The notes: a model not told the origin generated them from the letters alone. Numbered from the whole stretch's first letter, positions 23,617 to 36,133 are shown. The stretch: 63,829 bases of DNA, filler included, from Rhabdomonas costata (GCA_019059605.1; 46 parts of 46 records of this genome joined end to end with filler, not necessarily neighbours in it); one strand, 5' to 3'. Numbers and translations: made by a program.

Positions 23617-24880
23617 TTTTGTTGTGCATTGAGAATACGCAGGTAATAGCTCTTTTAGATTCCGGAGCTTCAGATACGTTTATAAGTCAAGAAATGGTAC
23701 AGAGATTTCGTTTGCAGATGTACCCGTTGCAGCAAAGGCTCACCGTGAGAGTAGCTAATGGAGAAGGACTCACAGTGACCCATTTTGTGAGGATTGTAGA
23801 GAAGTTGGGTACCATGACGATTAAGCTGTTCTTGAGAGTGATTCAAACTGCAATTCAAGTGGTACTGGGCTATCCGTTTTTGACGAGTCTACATCCACAG
23901 ATTGATTGGAAGCGTATTTGTACCAATGTTTGGAGAGGCGGAATGATTTACGACATTCATGCGCTTCCAGCAGTGGATTCCTTCAGAATTACGTGCCCAA
24001 CCACAGGTATTATGGAAGCTGAGCCGGAGGAAGTTGTTTCAGAGCTTCCACATATCTCTCAAGTACGGAAAGTGTCTGGGTTGTGCACCCCTGATTCCAT
24101 AGTAGCAGTGGATGAGGGAGCGGTACCTCAGACTCCGTGATTGTAACCGTTCCACATGGTGCAGAATCTCTTCCAGGGTTGATTTCAGAGGTTGTTGTTT
24201 ACGCAGTGGAGGTGGAAGAGGTCACTCCGACTAAGCAGGACCAGCAAGCCATAGCTATGGCTCAGGAGCCTAGGTGTAATGTCAAAAGGAAGTTGCGAGA
24301 TTCGCCCAGGAAGGAAGTTAAGAAGTTAATTAAGGAGGTGGACCACAGCATTTGTTGCCACCCTTGTTCTGTGTTACCGACATTTTCAGAAATCTAGAAG
24401 TTAAATCAGGAATTTTTGCACATTTTTTCAGTGTCAGTTCCCGGAGGGTTACCCCCTTCGAGGATGACAGACCACAGGATTGATTTGAAGCCGGACAGTA
24501 AGGTACCAGCCCAAAGGCTGTACCGAATGTCCCCGGCTAAAGATGAAGAATTGCGGAAGCAACTGAAGAGTCTCCAGGAGCTTGGTTTTATAGAGCCATC
24601 AACCTCGCATTATGGCGCAGTGGTGCTGTTCGTTACAAAGGCCAACGGTAAGTTGAGGCTGTGTGTGGATTACAGACCTTTGAGTGCGATCCTGTTACAG
24701 ATGCGTACCATTACACCAAATTGACTAGATGATTGATCATGCGGGAAGGCGAAGTGGTTTTCCAAACTAAATTTGCATGAGTGACTCCATCAGATCCTCA
24801 TTCATCCAGAGCATGTGGAGAGCACGGCTTTCAAGACAAAGTACGGTTCGCTCCAATTCAGAGTCATGCCTTTTGGGACC
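23617..24880 (+). mobile_element. Degenerate Ty3/Gypsy LTR retrotransposon pol fragment (aspartic protease plus N-terminal RT)
   Basis: ALLDSGASDTFIS protease motif; GLPPSR..DHRIDL, YRMSP, GFIEPSTS.YGA.VLFV.K..GKLRLCVDYR, TAFKTKYG..FRVMPFG; internal stops and frameshifts. Confidence 0.95.
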
Positions 24881-25007
24881 CACCCAACACCCAAACACAC
24901 CCACCACNNNNNNNNNNNNNNNNNNNNNNNNNNNNNNNNNNNNNNNNNNNNTTAATTAATTAANNNNNNNNNNNNNNNNNNNNNNNNNNNNNNNNNNNNN
25001 NNNNNNN

Positions 25008-26170
25008 GGGGTGTGGGTATGACCAACCTATGGTATGCTGCCATGGTAGTTGTTGTATCGCTTGTATGTTGAAGGGTAGGAGTAGAGCGTAAGGGTAGTG
25101 ACAGTGCTACGCTGATCCCTACACCTGATGCTATACCTATTCTATGGTGGTCATGGCAGTGTTGGTACCGACAGTGGTATCAGCATCTAACCCCTGTAGT
25201 GGAATGGGCGTAACACACCCTGTAACACCACGCATAAGGTTAGCATGTTGGTATGCTGATGGTGTCGATGCTGTTATGCCATCCGGTGGTCAGGGCATGG
25301 TTGATCCTGGTAGCGATGATGCCTACCGGTGTGATGCCTGATGGTGGAAGTGCCGTAGTGGAGGTCGCCGAGACCGACATGATGGTATGGATGCCTCAGT
25401 CACTCACACTCACAGCATCAACGCTTCAGAGGAACCATGCTAAGGGTGTCAGGGTGTTGGCTGTCAACCCAACCAAGGGAAGGCAAAGGCGTACGGTATG
25501 CCATGACCGTTACTCCTACGCTAGACCAAGGCTACGCGTTGACAACCACACTCAGGCAAGGTAAGGGCGTAAGGTTGACGCTGATGCAGATGTTGATGCA
25601 TATGCTGATACAGATGCTGATGCTGACACCGAACCCCTCACCTACCCCACAGCATGAACCCTACCCTACCGTAGAAGGAATGATGTGTGTGAAGTGCCAG
25701 GATGATGCCGGTGCTGGTGAGACGATGCCATGCCACCGAGAGCTGAGGCACAGGGGGACTGAGAGGGAGGCATGATCCGACCGAAGGGAGGGGCATGCCG
25801 GTATAGTGATGGTCGCATATCACTCGCTACGCTCGATCGATGCTCCCTCAATGCGTAGTTCGTCGTTCCACCGCTTCACGGCTTCACTCGTTCCGTCCTT
25901 GGCGAAGCCACGCAGAATACCCTCAGTGAGTGAAAGGTCTCACTTTGGGTTCAGCCTTGGCATCTTCCCTTCTCATGCACTTACCCTACACTTGTGGTGT
26001 GGTTCATGCTGAGGTTGGGTTCATGCCTCGTGGTGGATTGGCTCACTGGCCATCGTAAGGTCACCCTCCAACAGCATCAACGCTTGGTCTTACACACCTT
26101 CTACATGTGGTGCCAAGTGTTGACTGTGGCTGGCACACACCCGATGCCCTGTAGCCTCTCACCAGGATCT
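25008..26170. other. Compositionally distinct, intron-less DNA carrying the same G.A-hairpin elements as 15268-16559; possible organellar or extrachromosomal origin
   Basis: Shares three motifs with the 15268-16559 contig (25354-25381, 25763-25800, 25858-25889); degenerate (GATGCT)n near 25580-25626; no recognisable gene. Confidence 0.6.
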
Positions 26171-26398
26171 ACACACAACCATCATCGCGAAACAGGGACC
26201 CCTCTCAGAAGGAAGGCGCACCCAGAGCTCCACTTAAAATTGCAAAGGACAACCATCGCCATGTTCATTCCCCATCAGTTTTTGGTCGAAAAAAAACANN
26301 NNNNNNNNNNNNNNNNNNNNNNNNNNNNNNNNNNNNNNNNNNTTAATTAATTAANNNNNNNNNNNNNNNNNNNNNNNNNNNNNNNNNNNNNNNNNNNN

Positions 26399-27001
26399 TT
26401 TGTTTTGTTGTAATGCCTTGAAACAGCTCACCGCCCGCCTCCTCGCTTTCGAGAGTTGGGCCGTGCCAGACGAACTGAAAGGTCTCCTTTCCTCGCTGGC
26501 ATTGCAGCTTTCCGAGCTGGAAGACATGGAGGAGCTTGGCTTGAAGTTGGCCATCATCCGAGATGGTGGTATTGTTGGGCGGGTTAGCCCGGCAGAGGCG
26601 AAACTGGCAGTTCTGTTCCAACGTGCGGTGGAGCATGCTGTTTATGCCGAGGATATCGAGGCTCTGGTTAGGGCGATCGAGGCAAGCAATCTTAAGGTGA
26701 CGGTTGATCTTGTCAGGTGCTTTATCGGGGCCTGCTCGCGTACAGGGGCGATTCCTCACGCACAGCGTGGCATTCTGGGAGCGACCAGTGTGGACGGCTC
26801 AAGCATGCACTGTCTCTTTTTGAGGGCATACTGCTACCACGGGATGCTCACAGAGGCCGACGAAGTCCTCCAAATCATGGAACGGCAGCGGCATGTGGCC
26901 GACCTATCAACAGTTACTTCGGTGGTGTCCCTGTGCTGTTGTCTGAGTCACTACGCCGCATCCAAAGGGATTATGATGCGAGTATTGAACCTGAGAACGA
27001 A
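26399..27001 (+). CDS. Pentatricopeptide-repeat (PPR)-containing protein, partial
   Basis: About 200 open codons; SMHCLFLRAYCYHGMLTEADEVLQIMERQRHVADLSTVTSVV fits a 35-aa PPR consensus; possible donor AA|gtaaga. Confidence 0.72.
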
Positions 27002-27528
27002 GTAAGAATGATGCTGATGTGCTTGCTGCTTCAACAGGCAGCGGCTGCGTATCACAGTGACGTTTGGTATTCCGTGTATACCCTTCTTGGGATCTTGGGA
27101 TCAGGCTGTTAAGCGACCTATGATGGTGTCATGAAACCGAATTTCCTTGCTTCGGAGTTAGTTATACTGCGCGAGTTCTTAGCTGGATTCAAATGGATAT
27201 CACTTTGTTATGGATTTTTTTTTGCTTCCCGCACTAACATTCTGCACTCTGGCTAACAACCACAACATACAGACGACCACAGAGCAGGAATATCTGATCT
27301 CTTTGTGGAGTTGCAGGAGTATTGAAACAAATGACGCTAGAATTAGAAGAATTCTACTCAGTGCTGCTTCAGAGTAAAGTCTTTACTAAAATATGTACTG
27401 AGTTTTGAGTTTGATGCTGTAATGTTGTCTTGGCGAAGCCCTACTTTAATATTTCGGAAGCCCTCCATCGTGTTCAAACAGATTTGTACACTTGTTTTGT
27501 GTTGGGTTGTTTTGGGGGTTGCTTTAAA

Positions 27529-27631
27529 ATGGCCTCTGATGTTATGGAGAACGGTCGTCCGAAAAGATTTCACGGTGCCTTCACGGGTGGCTTCTCCGCG
27601 GGCTACTTCAACTCGGTGGGATCCAAGGAAG
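27529..27631 (+). CDS. GPATCH1: G-patch domain protein 1 (GPATCH1/TOUGH family), first exon
   Basis: [35 protein letters not shown]|gtgtgg; [23 protein letters not shown] is the conserved N-terminal motif of this family. Confidence 0.92.
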
Positions 27632-28439
27632 GTGTGGTGCACGGTTCGTGTGTGCAGTTTCCCCTTTCAAATGCCTCCCCCCCCCACAANNNNNNNNNNN
27701 NNNNNNNNNNNNNNNNNNNNNNNNNNNNNNNNNTTAATTAATTAANNNNNNNNNNNNNNNNNNNNNNNNNNNNNNNNNNNNNNNNNNNNTCATCTTTATA
27801 TTTTTGGGGGTTTTTTCATTTTCGGCCTTTTGTCGAGGTTGCCTTTGCTAAAAAGGTGTCTTTTTCATGCAGTCCGTGGCCCGAATGCAAGAGGGGATGG
27901 CCTCGCACCTCCCCCCCCCCCAGATTCAAACAGTTTTGATGCTGAAAGAGGCAGTGGCCCAACATTGGCTCTTTTCCGGAGAGAGAGAGTGGGAGCTCCA
28001 ACAGAGTTTCGCACCCTGTTGGGATACTGTTTAGGCAAAGGGAGGGCCTATGCGAAAAGGGAATTAAATGGGTCAAAGTAATAGTGTATATACTGGTGAT
28101 CACAGAGGTTTTTGCACATGTTGTGGGTTCGCCCGAGCCAGATACCCAATAAAAATCTGCTCATTAATATGGGAAGGGGGGTGCCGCGTCAGGAACACCG
28201 TGTGATGGACGGCACGACAAAAGGTGGGACAAGAGTCCGAGCCTTCCCAGCCATCCCAGGAGCAGCTACCAACATACACGGGTTCATGAGTGCTCCCCGC
28301 CTGTACACCAAGTAACGCCCATCAGACGGTACACACGGGAAAACTTATGGACAGACATCCACAAAGCACAAGTGGGTCCCAGAAGCGACGCCACGGTGGA
28401 CTGCTAGAGGGGTACGTCGAGTCAAACCGGGGACCTCAC

Positions 28440-28940
28440 CGGTCGCCCTTCGGCGGCGGGGTCCGAGCGCGGCCAGCCAAGGAGGCGGAGGAGGGCCTTC
28501 CGGCCTGCAGCTGACTCTGCAGAAGCTTGTTGCTGACTTGCCTGCGAGGTAAAACGAAGCGTGCCTTGGAGATCGGTGCGCGCCACTGTTTGAGTGAAAC
28601 GATGCGATAGCCTTCATGCGTCACAGCAGTGCCAATCGAAAGCAAAGGTCTTCTGTACCCACAGCACACTTACAAACCTCATTCTTAACTCATAAACCCC
28701 CATCGCTGATCGGTGAAATGTCGAGAGAGCCACGAAAAACCCTGAAACGTGGACCGCAGCCATGTCAATGCAAGTGAACATGTCAACATTTCAAACGCGA
28801 TTAAACCATTGTTTTTTTTAATACTCTGCAGGATACGTGCAAACAAACACAAAAACAATTACGCACCGGTTCATAAGATCCTTCTCCAGCAGGTACAGCT
28901 GCTCGTTAGTGGCAATGCGCTCAGCTTGGCGAAGAGTCAT
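28440..28940 (-). CDS. Two exons (28867-28940, 28440-28541) of an unknown coiled-coil protein
   Basis: AG/GT borders and phase-2 junction give MTLRQAERIATNEQLYLLEKDLMNRQVSNKLLQSQLQAGRPSSASLAGRARTPPPKGDR. Confidence 0.6.
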
Positions 28941-30761
28941 CTGCACAGGAGAAGGTCAGGATGGCAGGAAAGGAATCTGCAATCGCCGATCCATTGAGTT
29001 ATCTAAAGCTTGAGGGACAGAGAATTTACAACTGGCAACTCCAAACAAGAGGACTGCTCCGTTGGAGTGAAACAAAAACCNNNNNNNNNNNNNNNNNNNN
29101 NNNNNNNNNNNNNNNNNNNNNNNNTTAATTAATTAANNNNNNNNNNNNNNNNNNNNNNNNNNNNNNNNNNNNNNNNNNNNCAGCATGCGCTGCGCGAAGT
29201 CCGAGTTCCTCGTCTTCGGGCAGTGTGGTGTGTGCACGCGGAGTTTTCTCTGTTTTTGGTGTACATTCTTTCTTGCCCTGGGAATGTGTGTTTGTCGGCC
29301 CGAACGAATTTTATCTTTGGTTTTTGGACGACACTCTTATTGTACTGTATGTGTGAACGTCCGGCGTTCATTGCAGTCTTTCCTTCGGCTGGGTCTAACT
29401 CCAAGCGAACCCTAGCGAGAGAAATGACAGAGCGATGGACCCCTGAGCTGGAATCGACTGGGCAACTCGCGACAGGAATGGCATGGCCAGGGCGGTGGGT
29501 AGTGGAAAGCCCGAGGCGGGAAGGAGGCACTCCCACCCAACATTCCAGCAGCGAAGAATCGCACCCAGAAGGAGGTGTGCGGGAGAGGCCCGGTACAAAG
29601 GCTAGTCAAAATGGGGACTGACGTGAGGCACCCCGGAAAGAAGGCAAACCAAGGAAACTCCCACTGGCTTGGTCCAATTTCCAGAGTTGGGGCGAGCCCA
29701 GGAGGTGATCTTGTGGAAAGCTAACTCTTTGCATTATAATGGGAGTGGCCAATTGCATGCGTGGCGTATCAGTTGTGTGGTGTTCTATTTATAAGTGTTG
29801 ATGTGGGCCTTCAACTTTTTACAGATCCCCGGGCTCGCTTCACCGTGGAATTCCCTGCCCTCGTCATTAACAGTCGGAAATAATATTGTGCTCTTCATCT
29901 TTTGCTGCTTTTTTAATGTTGGCGTTGTTTCTCGAAAATTTTTATTGAGATTATATGCGATGCTTTATCTGTCCTTCATGGATTCTTTGGATCGTATTTC
30001 CACTTTCTGTTCTTTTGTTGCCTGCACATACGCTGCTTCTCTTGCTGCCTTTCCTGGGGGTGCGTTCGCCGTGACGGGAGCAGCTCGTGTAGCTGGGAGC
30101 AGTTAATCACTGTTGATGTCCTTATGTTGGGATGCTCGTGTGCTGCTCGTTATCTAAAAAAACTTTTTCCTGCCCGGGTTTCCTTCGTTATTATGAAGTG
30201 TGCGAGTTGTTTGGGGGAATGTCGATCTTGTTCCATCTATCGCGTTCGAATCACTTGTGTGTTGTTCAGTTACTGTGAGCTCATTCAAATTCGCTCTTGC
30301 CCACTGCGGAACTCCGGCTTCAAGCGAACGTCTATAATCTCATCCGCATCCTCGATTTTTCTGAGAAAATAGGCCAAAAATGTGTCCGTCGAGGGTCAGG
30401 TTACCTCTCTCTTTCCTTGTCCTCTGAGTGCTTCGTCCCCTTCTTCTCATCTTTGCGAAGATTTCTCTCGGNNNNNNNNNNNNNNNNNNNNNNNNNNNNN
30501 NNNNNNNNNNNNNNNTTAATTAATTAANNNNNNNNNNNNNNNNNNNNNNNNNNNNNNNNNNNNNNNNNNNNTGTTGTTGTTCATGTACATTCCATAGTAG
30601 TGTTCAGTGAATGCAGCGTTCATGGCTTAGCTTCCTGGGGGAATCATCTGTAAACTTGTTTTTCGGACATTTGCGTCTTCTTCGGGAATTCCCCAATAAA
30701 CGCATCTTCTGGGGTTTTCGATGTGGAGTTTTCTGAGGCCCGTTCTCTTCATCTCGTGCAG

Positions 30762-30828
30762 GCAGCTCCGGCAGAAGCTGTACAACGAGTACCCCAAGGA
30801 GAAGCGCGTGCTCGACCCCGCCGTGACG
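30762..30828 (+). CDS. Short internal exon, unknown protein
   Basis: gtgcag|...ACG|gtgtgg; GC3-rich QLRQKLYNEYPKEKRVLDPAVT. Confidence 0.5.
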
Positions 30829-31962
30829 GTGTGGGAATGAGGGGGTGTGTATGTCTCTCTCTGCAAGTTGAGGTGTCAATATGTCTTTATGTGTTGTGCA
30901 TCTGTATTCAGTGTGTATGGACTTTGGGATGGGGGTTCTGTGAGCCCTTCCGGTGCACGCGGACGTGCGGTTTGAACCAGGGGGACTAGGGAAACAGGGG
31001 CAACCTGTGACAAGGGAAACAGGGAGCTGCATATTTATGGCTTTCTTATTTCCATGTGCTGCTTGGAATGAAAGCTTTGTTCGCAAACCAGTGCCCCGCT
31101 AAACTGTATGACAGTTTACCAACCAAAAGTTGGTTGACCAAAAGTTGATTGAAAGAAAAGGAGAGAGAGGAGGGGGAGAGGGAGAGAGAAGTCAATTCCC
31201 TCATGGAGGGAGCTCCTCAAAAGAAATGTCACCGCTAGCGGATGCGTTATTTGTGCCATTCCATCGAGACTGCTGCAGACGAGAATGCAGAGTAACCTGA
31301 ATGTCATTTGGTGTGCTAACCAGTGAGCCGAGAGGCGGCATGCTCCCATCAGCTCTCCTCAAGAGAGCCTCCAAAGGGCTGGCAGCCCGTCCTGCTCGCC
31401 TCTCCACTTAGCCGCTCCACAATCCCAGGATGGCAGCTTGCGCTTGTTGGGCAGTCTCTCCCCCCCCCCTATATGGGGAGTCTTGGTTTGGGTGACTGGG
31501 ACATTGAATGTTTGCATGTGTTTGCACATGTGCACGAAAGGACAAGACGGTGGACAAGGGGGAAAGAGGGAAACAAAAGGTTAAGAAAAGGCGTCCTGGG
31601 CAAAATGCGCGCAGTCTGGGTGCTCGCAGGGGGGTCCTATAGCTCTGTTAGGTGCGCATACAATCCTCTCTGCTCCCTCTCCCGCCCTCCTCCCCTCTCA
31701 TTTCGAGCAACAGTTCACCATACGCTCGCCAATCTGTATTAGCGTCGGCATGGACCTCCACAAATAGGCTTCCTGATTCTCACACCATCTGTTCCCATTG
31801 CCTGCCTGTCTGCAGATCCTGGTGCAGTGCATCCCCACGGACTTCTCCCCGAAGGACATCCGNNNNNNNNNNNNNNNNNNNNNNNNNNNNNNNNNNNNNN
31901 NNNNNNTTAATTAATTAANNNNNNNNNNNNNNNNNNNNNNNNNNNNNNNNNNNNNNNNNNNN

Positions 31963-32935
31963 GTCATTTTCCAAGTCACGGTGGTTGGAGAGATTACAGT
32001 GGTTTACTTTTCAGATCGCCAACATTCCCTGAAGGCAAAATGTCGCTGCGGATGCCCTATCTAGTCATCAAGTGGACTAGAAGAGTCTGGAGTGTTTGCT
32101 GATTTTGGGGACGTTGATGTTGGATGGACATCTCTGCGCACCTTTAAGTATGGCAGCAACATGTGGTCCTGAGGATTGGTTAACCGACTACTGTATTTAA
32201 CCATTAGTGCGGAGGAGTTATTTCAGTTGATCCATTGCAGAGTTGTTGGACACTACAAAGTGGCACCACGGTAGATTTTGAGAGCTGGGGAAGATTGTGA
32301 TACACTTCCAGGGTGATTTCTCGGTACCAGGATTCTCCCGCAACATTGCATTGGGAGTCGCCAGAACTGCCTCCATGATCAAGCGCATTTACACGTTCAA
32401 GATAAATGTGATGATATGAAGTGTGTCATAGATACAAAGTGCACAACCATTTGCCAAGAGGCTATGCACAGGTGTTGGAGGTTCCCGTGAGGAAATGTGA
32501 AACCATTTTAATTATCTTGTTTCCATGTTTCCATGTCCTTGGAGGTTTTCAGGAAAATGGCAGGTAGTGAGGTGTTGGCGGTTGCAAATTGTGCTACAAA
32601 GATGGTTGTGTTGATACCTTGCCATAACTAAATGAATGCCCACGGCATTGAAGAGTTGTTATGGCGGGATTTAGTGAGACACCATTGAGCTATTGAGATC
32701 CGATCTTCATGTCACTGTTCTGGAGGTCCTGTATATCCCGACCAGAAGGTCCTCGACGTACCATCCACAGACAAACGGGCAAGCCGACAGGACATACCAG
32801 ACCATGAAGCATGTTATTACAGCGCTAATGTATTCGCATCAATACACGACGTGGATGAAACTTTTGATGCTGGTGGAGATTGCAATTAACAGTGCGCCTA
32901 TTGTCAATACAGATTACAGACTCATTGCGGTGTAA
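31963..32935 (+). mobile_element. Degenerate Ty3/Gypsy RNase H end plus integrase remnant
   Basis: NVAADALS near 32040-32063; SSTYHPQTNGQADRTYQTMK...W...L..VEIAINSA integrase motif; many stops. Confidence 0.88.
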
Positions 32936-33407
32936 TGATAGTAGCTGATTCAACTACTAAGCTCCCCATATCGCATCGTCACACAAATTTACGTGGTTGG
33001 ATTCCAATCCATGGAACACTTTCAGTATCTACTGATAATGTAATACGTGAGCACCATTATGGTGGTGTTAATTATGTTGCACCGATTCCAAGAGTCGCTG
33101 GTTAAACTCTGAAACTCCACACATAGTCTCGTACCACAAATGTCCGTGGTGTGATTTCAATACAGCTAGCCAACTCAGTCTCTACTAATATTGTAATCAT
33201 GGGGCACCGATGCCAAGGGTCGTGGGTTCAACTTTGAGACTTCACACACCCCCNNNNNNNNNNNNNNNNNNNNNNNNNNNNNNNNNNNNNNNNNNNNTTA
33301 ATTAATTAANNNNNNNNNNNNNNNNNNNNNNNNNNNNNNNNNNNNNNNNNNNNGGGTTGGTTGATGGGGTATTGGTTTGTTTGCTTGTTCGCTAGTATGC
33401 TTGTTTA

Positions 33408-33435
33408 TTTGTTCCACGTGTTCGCATCTTCTTCG
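33408..33435 (+). repeat. Dispersed repeat family B, copy 1
   Basis: tttgttccacgtgttcgcatcttcttcg is identical at 62856-62883; both copies follow a similar (gttt/gctt)n tract. Confidence 0.85.
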
Positions 33436-36133
33436 CCGTTTCACCGCGGTTCACATTCCCTGCCATTTCTTCTATTAGAATTTCTAAATAGAAACCACAA
33501 CTAGGGGGAGGGTCCGTTTTTGTCCCACACCCAAAATTCCGGGTTTGGGATTCTGGGATTTCGGTTGAGTGGGGTGGAGGATGGAGGCCAACACTGCAAA
33601 CAACTTAGAATTAATACGGTCTCATCACTCCCTGTCGACGGTTGCCAGCACATCACAAAATTCGTTTCCTGGGTCCAAAACCCTCCTCTTTTGCTCAAAC
33701 ACACCCTGAGATGGCTACAACCTTCTTTTCTTTACTACCCGTCCCCCCTGGGTTTTTTCTTGCCCTAGGTTTGTGGGAAATCCTCGGAAATCCACGCGCA
33801 CAAACTGCACCACAACGTCTGCAGGCTGAGGACCTCGAGCCCGCCCCCAGGGAAAGTGGCCGAAGGACCACCCCCCGCACGAACAACCCCGGGATCCGGG
33901 AAGGGACGTCCATTCTCCGCAGCTGCATGGCGGCTCTCCAGCGCAGCCACGGCGCTCTTCAACGGGTTGACCACCGCAGAGCGATGCAGGACACCCGCAG
34001 AGGGCGGGGCACGGTAAGGGCCGAGTCTGCGGGACCCTCTGAACAGAGGGAGTCCGGCACGAGGAGGACGAGGAGGAGGTGGTGGTCGTGGTGTTAGCGG
34101 CGGAAGAGGTGGTGGCGATTGGACCGTCATCCGGGGAAGGGCAGGCGGCTGGCATGTCCCGAGGGTCCTCTCCATTGCCCAAGAGAACAAATGCAGGAGT
34201 CGTGGCCACACCTGTGCAGAACACCTGCGTGCAAAGGTGCGTGCAAAGGCGGAGAAATGAAACAGGCTTTAGCAAGTAGAGCGGTAAATGTTTCGAATTG
34301 AAACTTGAATGCGGAGTCAGGATTTTTCGAAAATTTATCCCTGCTCAAACCCCCCCCCGAAAAATTATGATCCTGTAGGGAGCTGGGGCGAAATATATCA
34401 CAAAGTTCCATGATGTTGGGAGTTGACAGAAGCTTTTGCAGGACCCCCCCCCCTCATCGCGCGTCATCGGGCCAGAAGGTCGAAAGATCTTTCCTATCCA
34501 TGCTGGACACGTTTTGCTCTGACATGGTTGTGATATTTCTTCCTCGGATCCACTGCTCCCCAGAAGACAGATGACCAAAAAGTTAGGAACAGACACCGTT
34601 ACTTCGATGTAGAGACATGCACATGCAGTGGGAGAAGCATCGTNNNNNNNNNNNNNNNNNNNNNNNNNNNNNNNNNNNNNNNNNNNNTTAATTAATTAAN
34701 NNNNNNNNNNNNNNNNNNNNNNNNNNNNNNNNNNNNNNNNNNNGGGTGGGAAGATGGTTGGGGAAACAGGTGCTCCGCAATGCCCGTGGGGGTGGAGCCG
34801 TTCTCCAACCCGCAGGCATTGCGGAGCACCTGTTTCCCCAACCATCTTCCCACACGATTGCCAGCATCTCCTATGAAGGCAGCACCAGATGTTCAGTATG
34901 GCATGGTTGCATCCAAGAGCGATTCAAATGAGTGGCAAGCAGCCGCGGCAATCATGATCGCAACGGATAATCACCAAGGTTTTGACTTGGAACAAGATGA
35001 CCACGGAAAACTTTAAGCACAACAACGGCACAAATGGAAGAAATGACGACGAAGGAAAAACGAAGTGCATAGGCCCAAGACTTCCTGACAAACCAAAAAG
35101 GAACGTGCAGGACAACCCACCTACTAATCTTCTAATGGGGATTTGTGCGTTGGCCTTATTCTGATGCAGGTCATGTTCAGCCATCCAATGGCGGGCTTTT
35201 AAGTCATTGCTCCGAGTGCGTTTCGGCGCAGTTCATAATTCACGCTTCTCCATATGGCCGAGAATATGGACATTGACAAGACATTGATGGCAATTTCAAA
35301 ATGAAGCTACACCAGAAGCACTTTCCGGCACATGCAATTCAGTGTTGAAAACCAGCAACATTTCAGATTTGGGCATGCATACAGAGAGATATAAATTGAG
35401 ATGATTCCGGCCTGACAAGTACGAGAATGGACACAAGTGTTGCGGCAAACCTTCAGACGGGCCAAGAGATGCCGGAGCAACGCACGCTGATGTACCCCAG
35501 GAGCCATTTGCTGGTAACAAGGAAATGTCTACATCAACAGCAACACAGAAATCAGAGGGAAACAAGCTTTGCACTGCGCTGCAAGAAAAGTAACCAAACG
35601 TTCTCACGAAACCCCATTCATGAAACTCCACACCCACACCTACGCTGTGACGCAACTCACTTTAGACACTTGCATTAGTGCGCTTGCGTTCAGAAGAACG
35701 TCCAGATAGAGCGCAGATACAGTATAACACAAAAATACAGTACGGTCGTGCGCCTACTCCCTAACAAGCCTTCTAGAACTTCATTTCGTATCAATAGAAC
35801 AGAATCCTATGTCCTGGGAAGGCTTCATGACCCCCTGAGCTGCCTCGTCCACATGAGCTGTTTTGTCATTCGCTACAGCGTGGCCAGGGTTGAAAAGTAT
35901 GGATTCCGGGTGTATGGTCCAACTTAGTATTTAGCATGGAGCGGACGAGCACATTCCCTTCCTTCCCTTCCACTGACACGACCGCTGTTGCGCTGTTTCC
36001 TCAGCCAGAAATCCTCCGAGCTTCACCAAAAAANNNNNNNNNNNNNNNNNNNNNNNNNNNNNNNNNNNNNNNNNNNNTTAATTAATTAANNNNNNNNNNN
36101 NNNNNNNNNNNNNNNNNNNNNNNNNNNNNNNNN

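Noticed and set aside
25354-25381. Shared stem-loop as a hammerhead ribozyme
   Set aside because: Lacks the CUGANGA and GAAA core (has GUGGA and GACA instead), and no stems I or III are evident
25008-26170. Mitochondrial protein genes (cox, cob, nad) in the hydrophobic-looking frames
   Set aside because: No conserved motif recognised in the frames I translated, even with TGA=Trp; fragmented or edited genes cannot be excluded
33642-34275. Overlapping long ORFs on both strands
   Set aside because: GC-rich sequence with no recognisable motif; coding strand and frame cannot be decided
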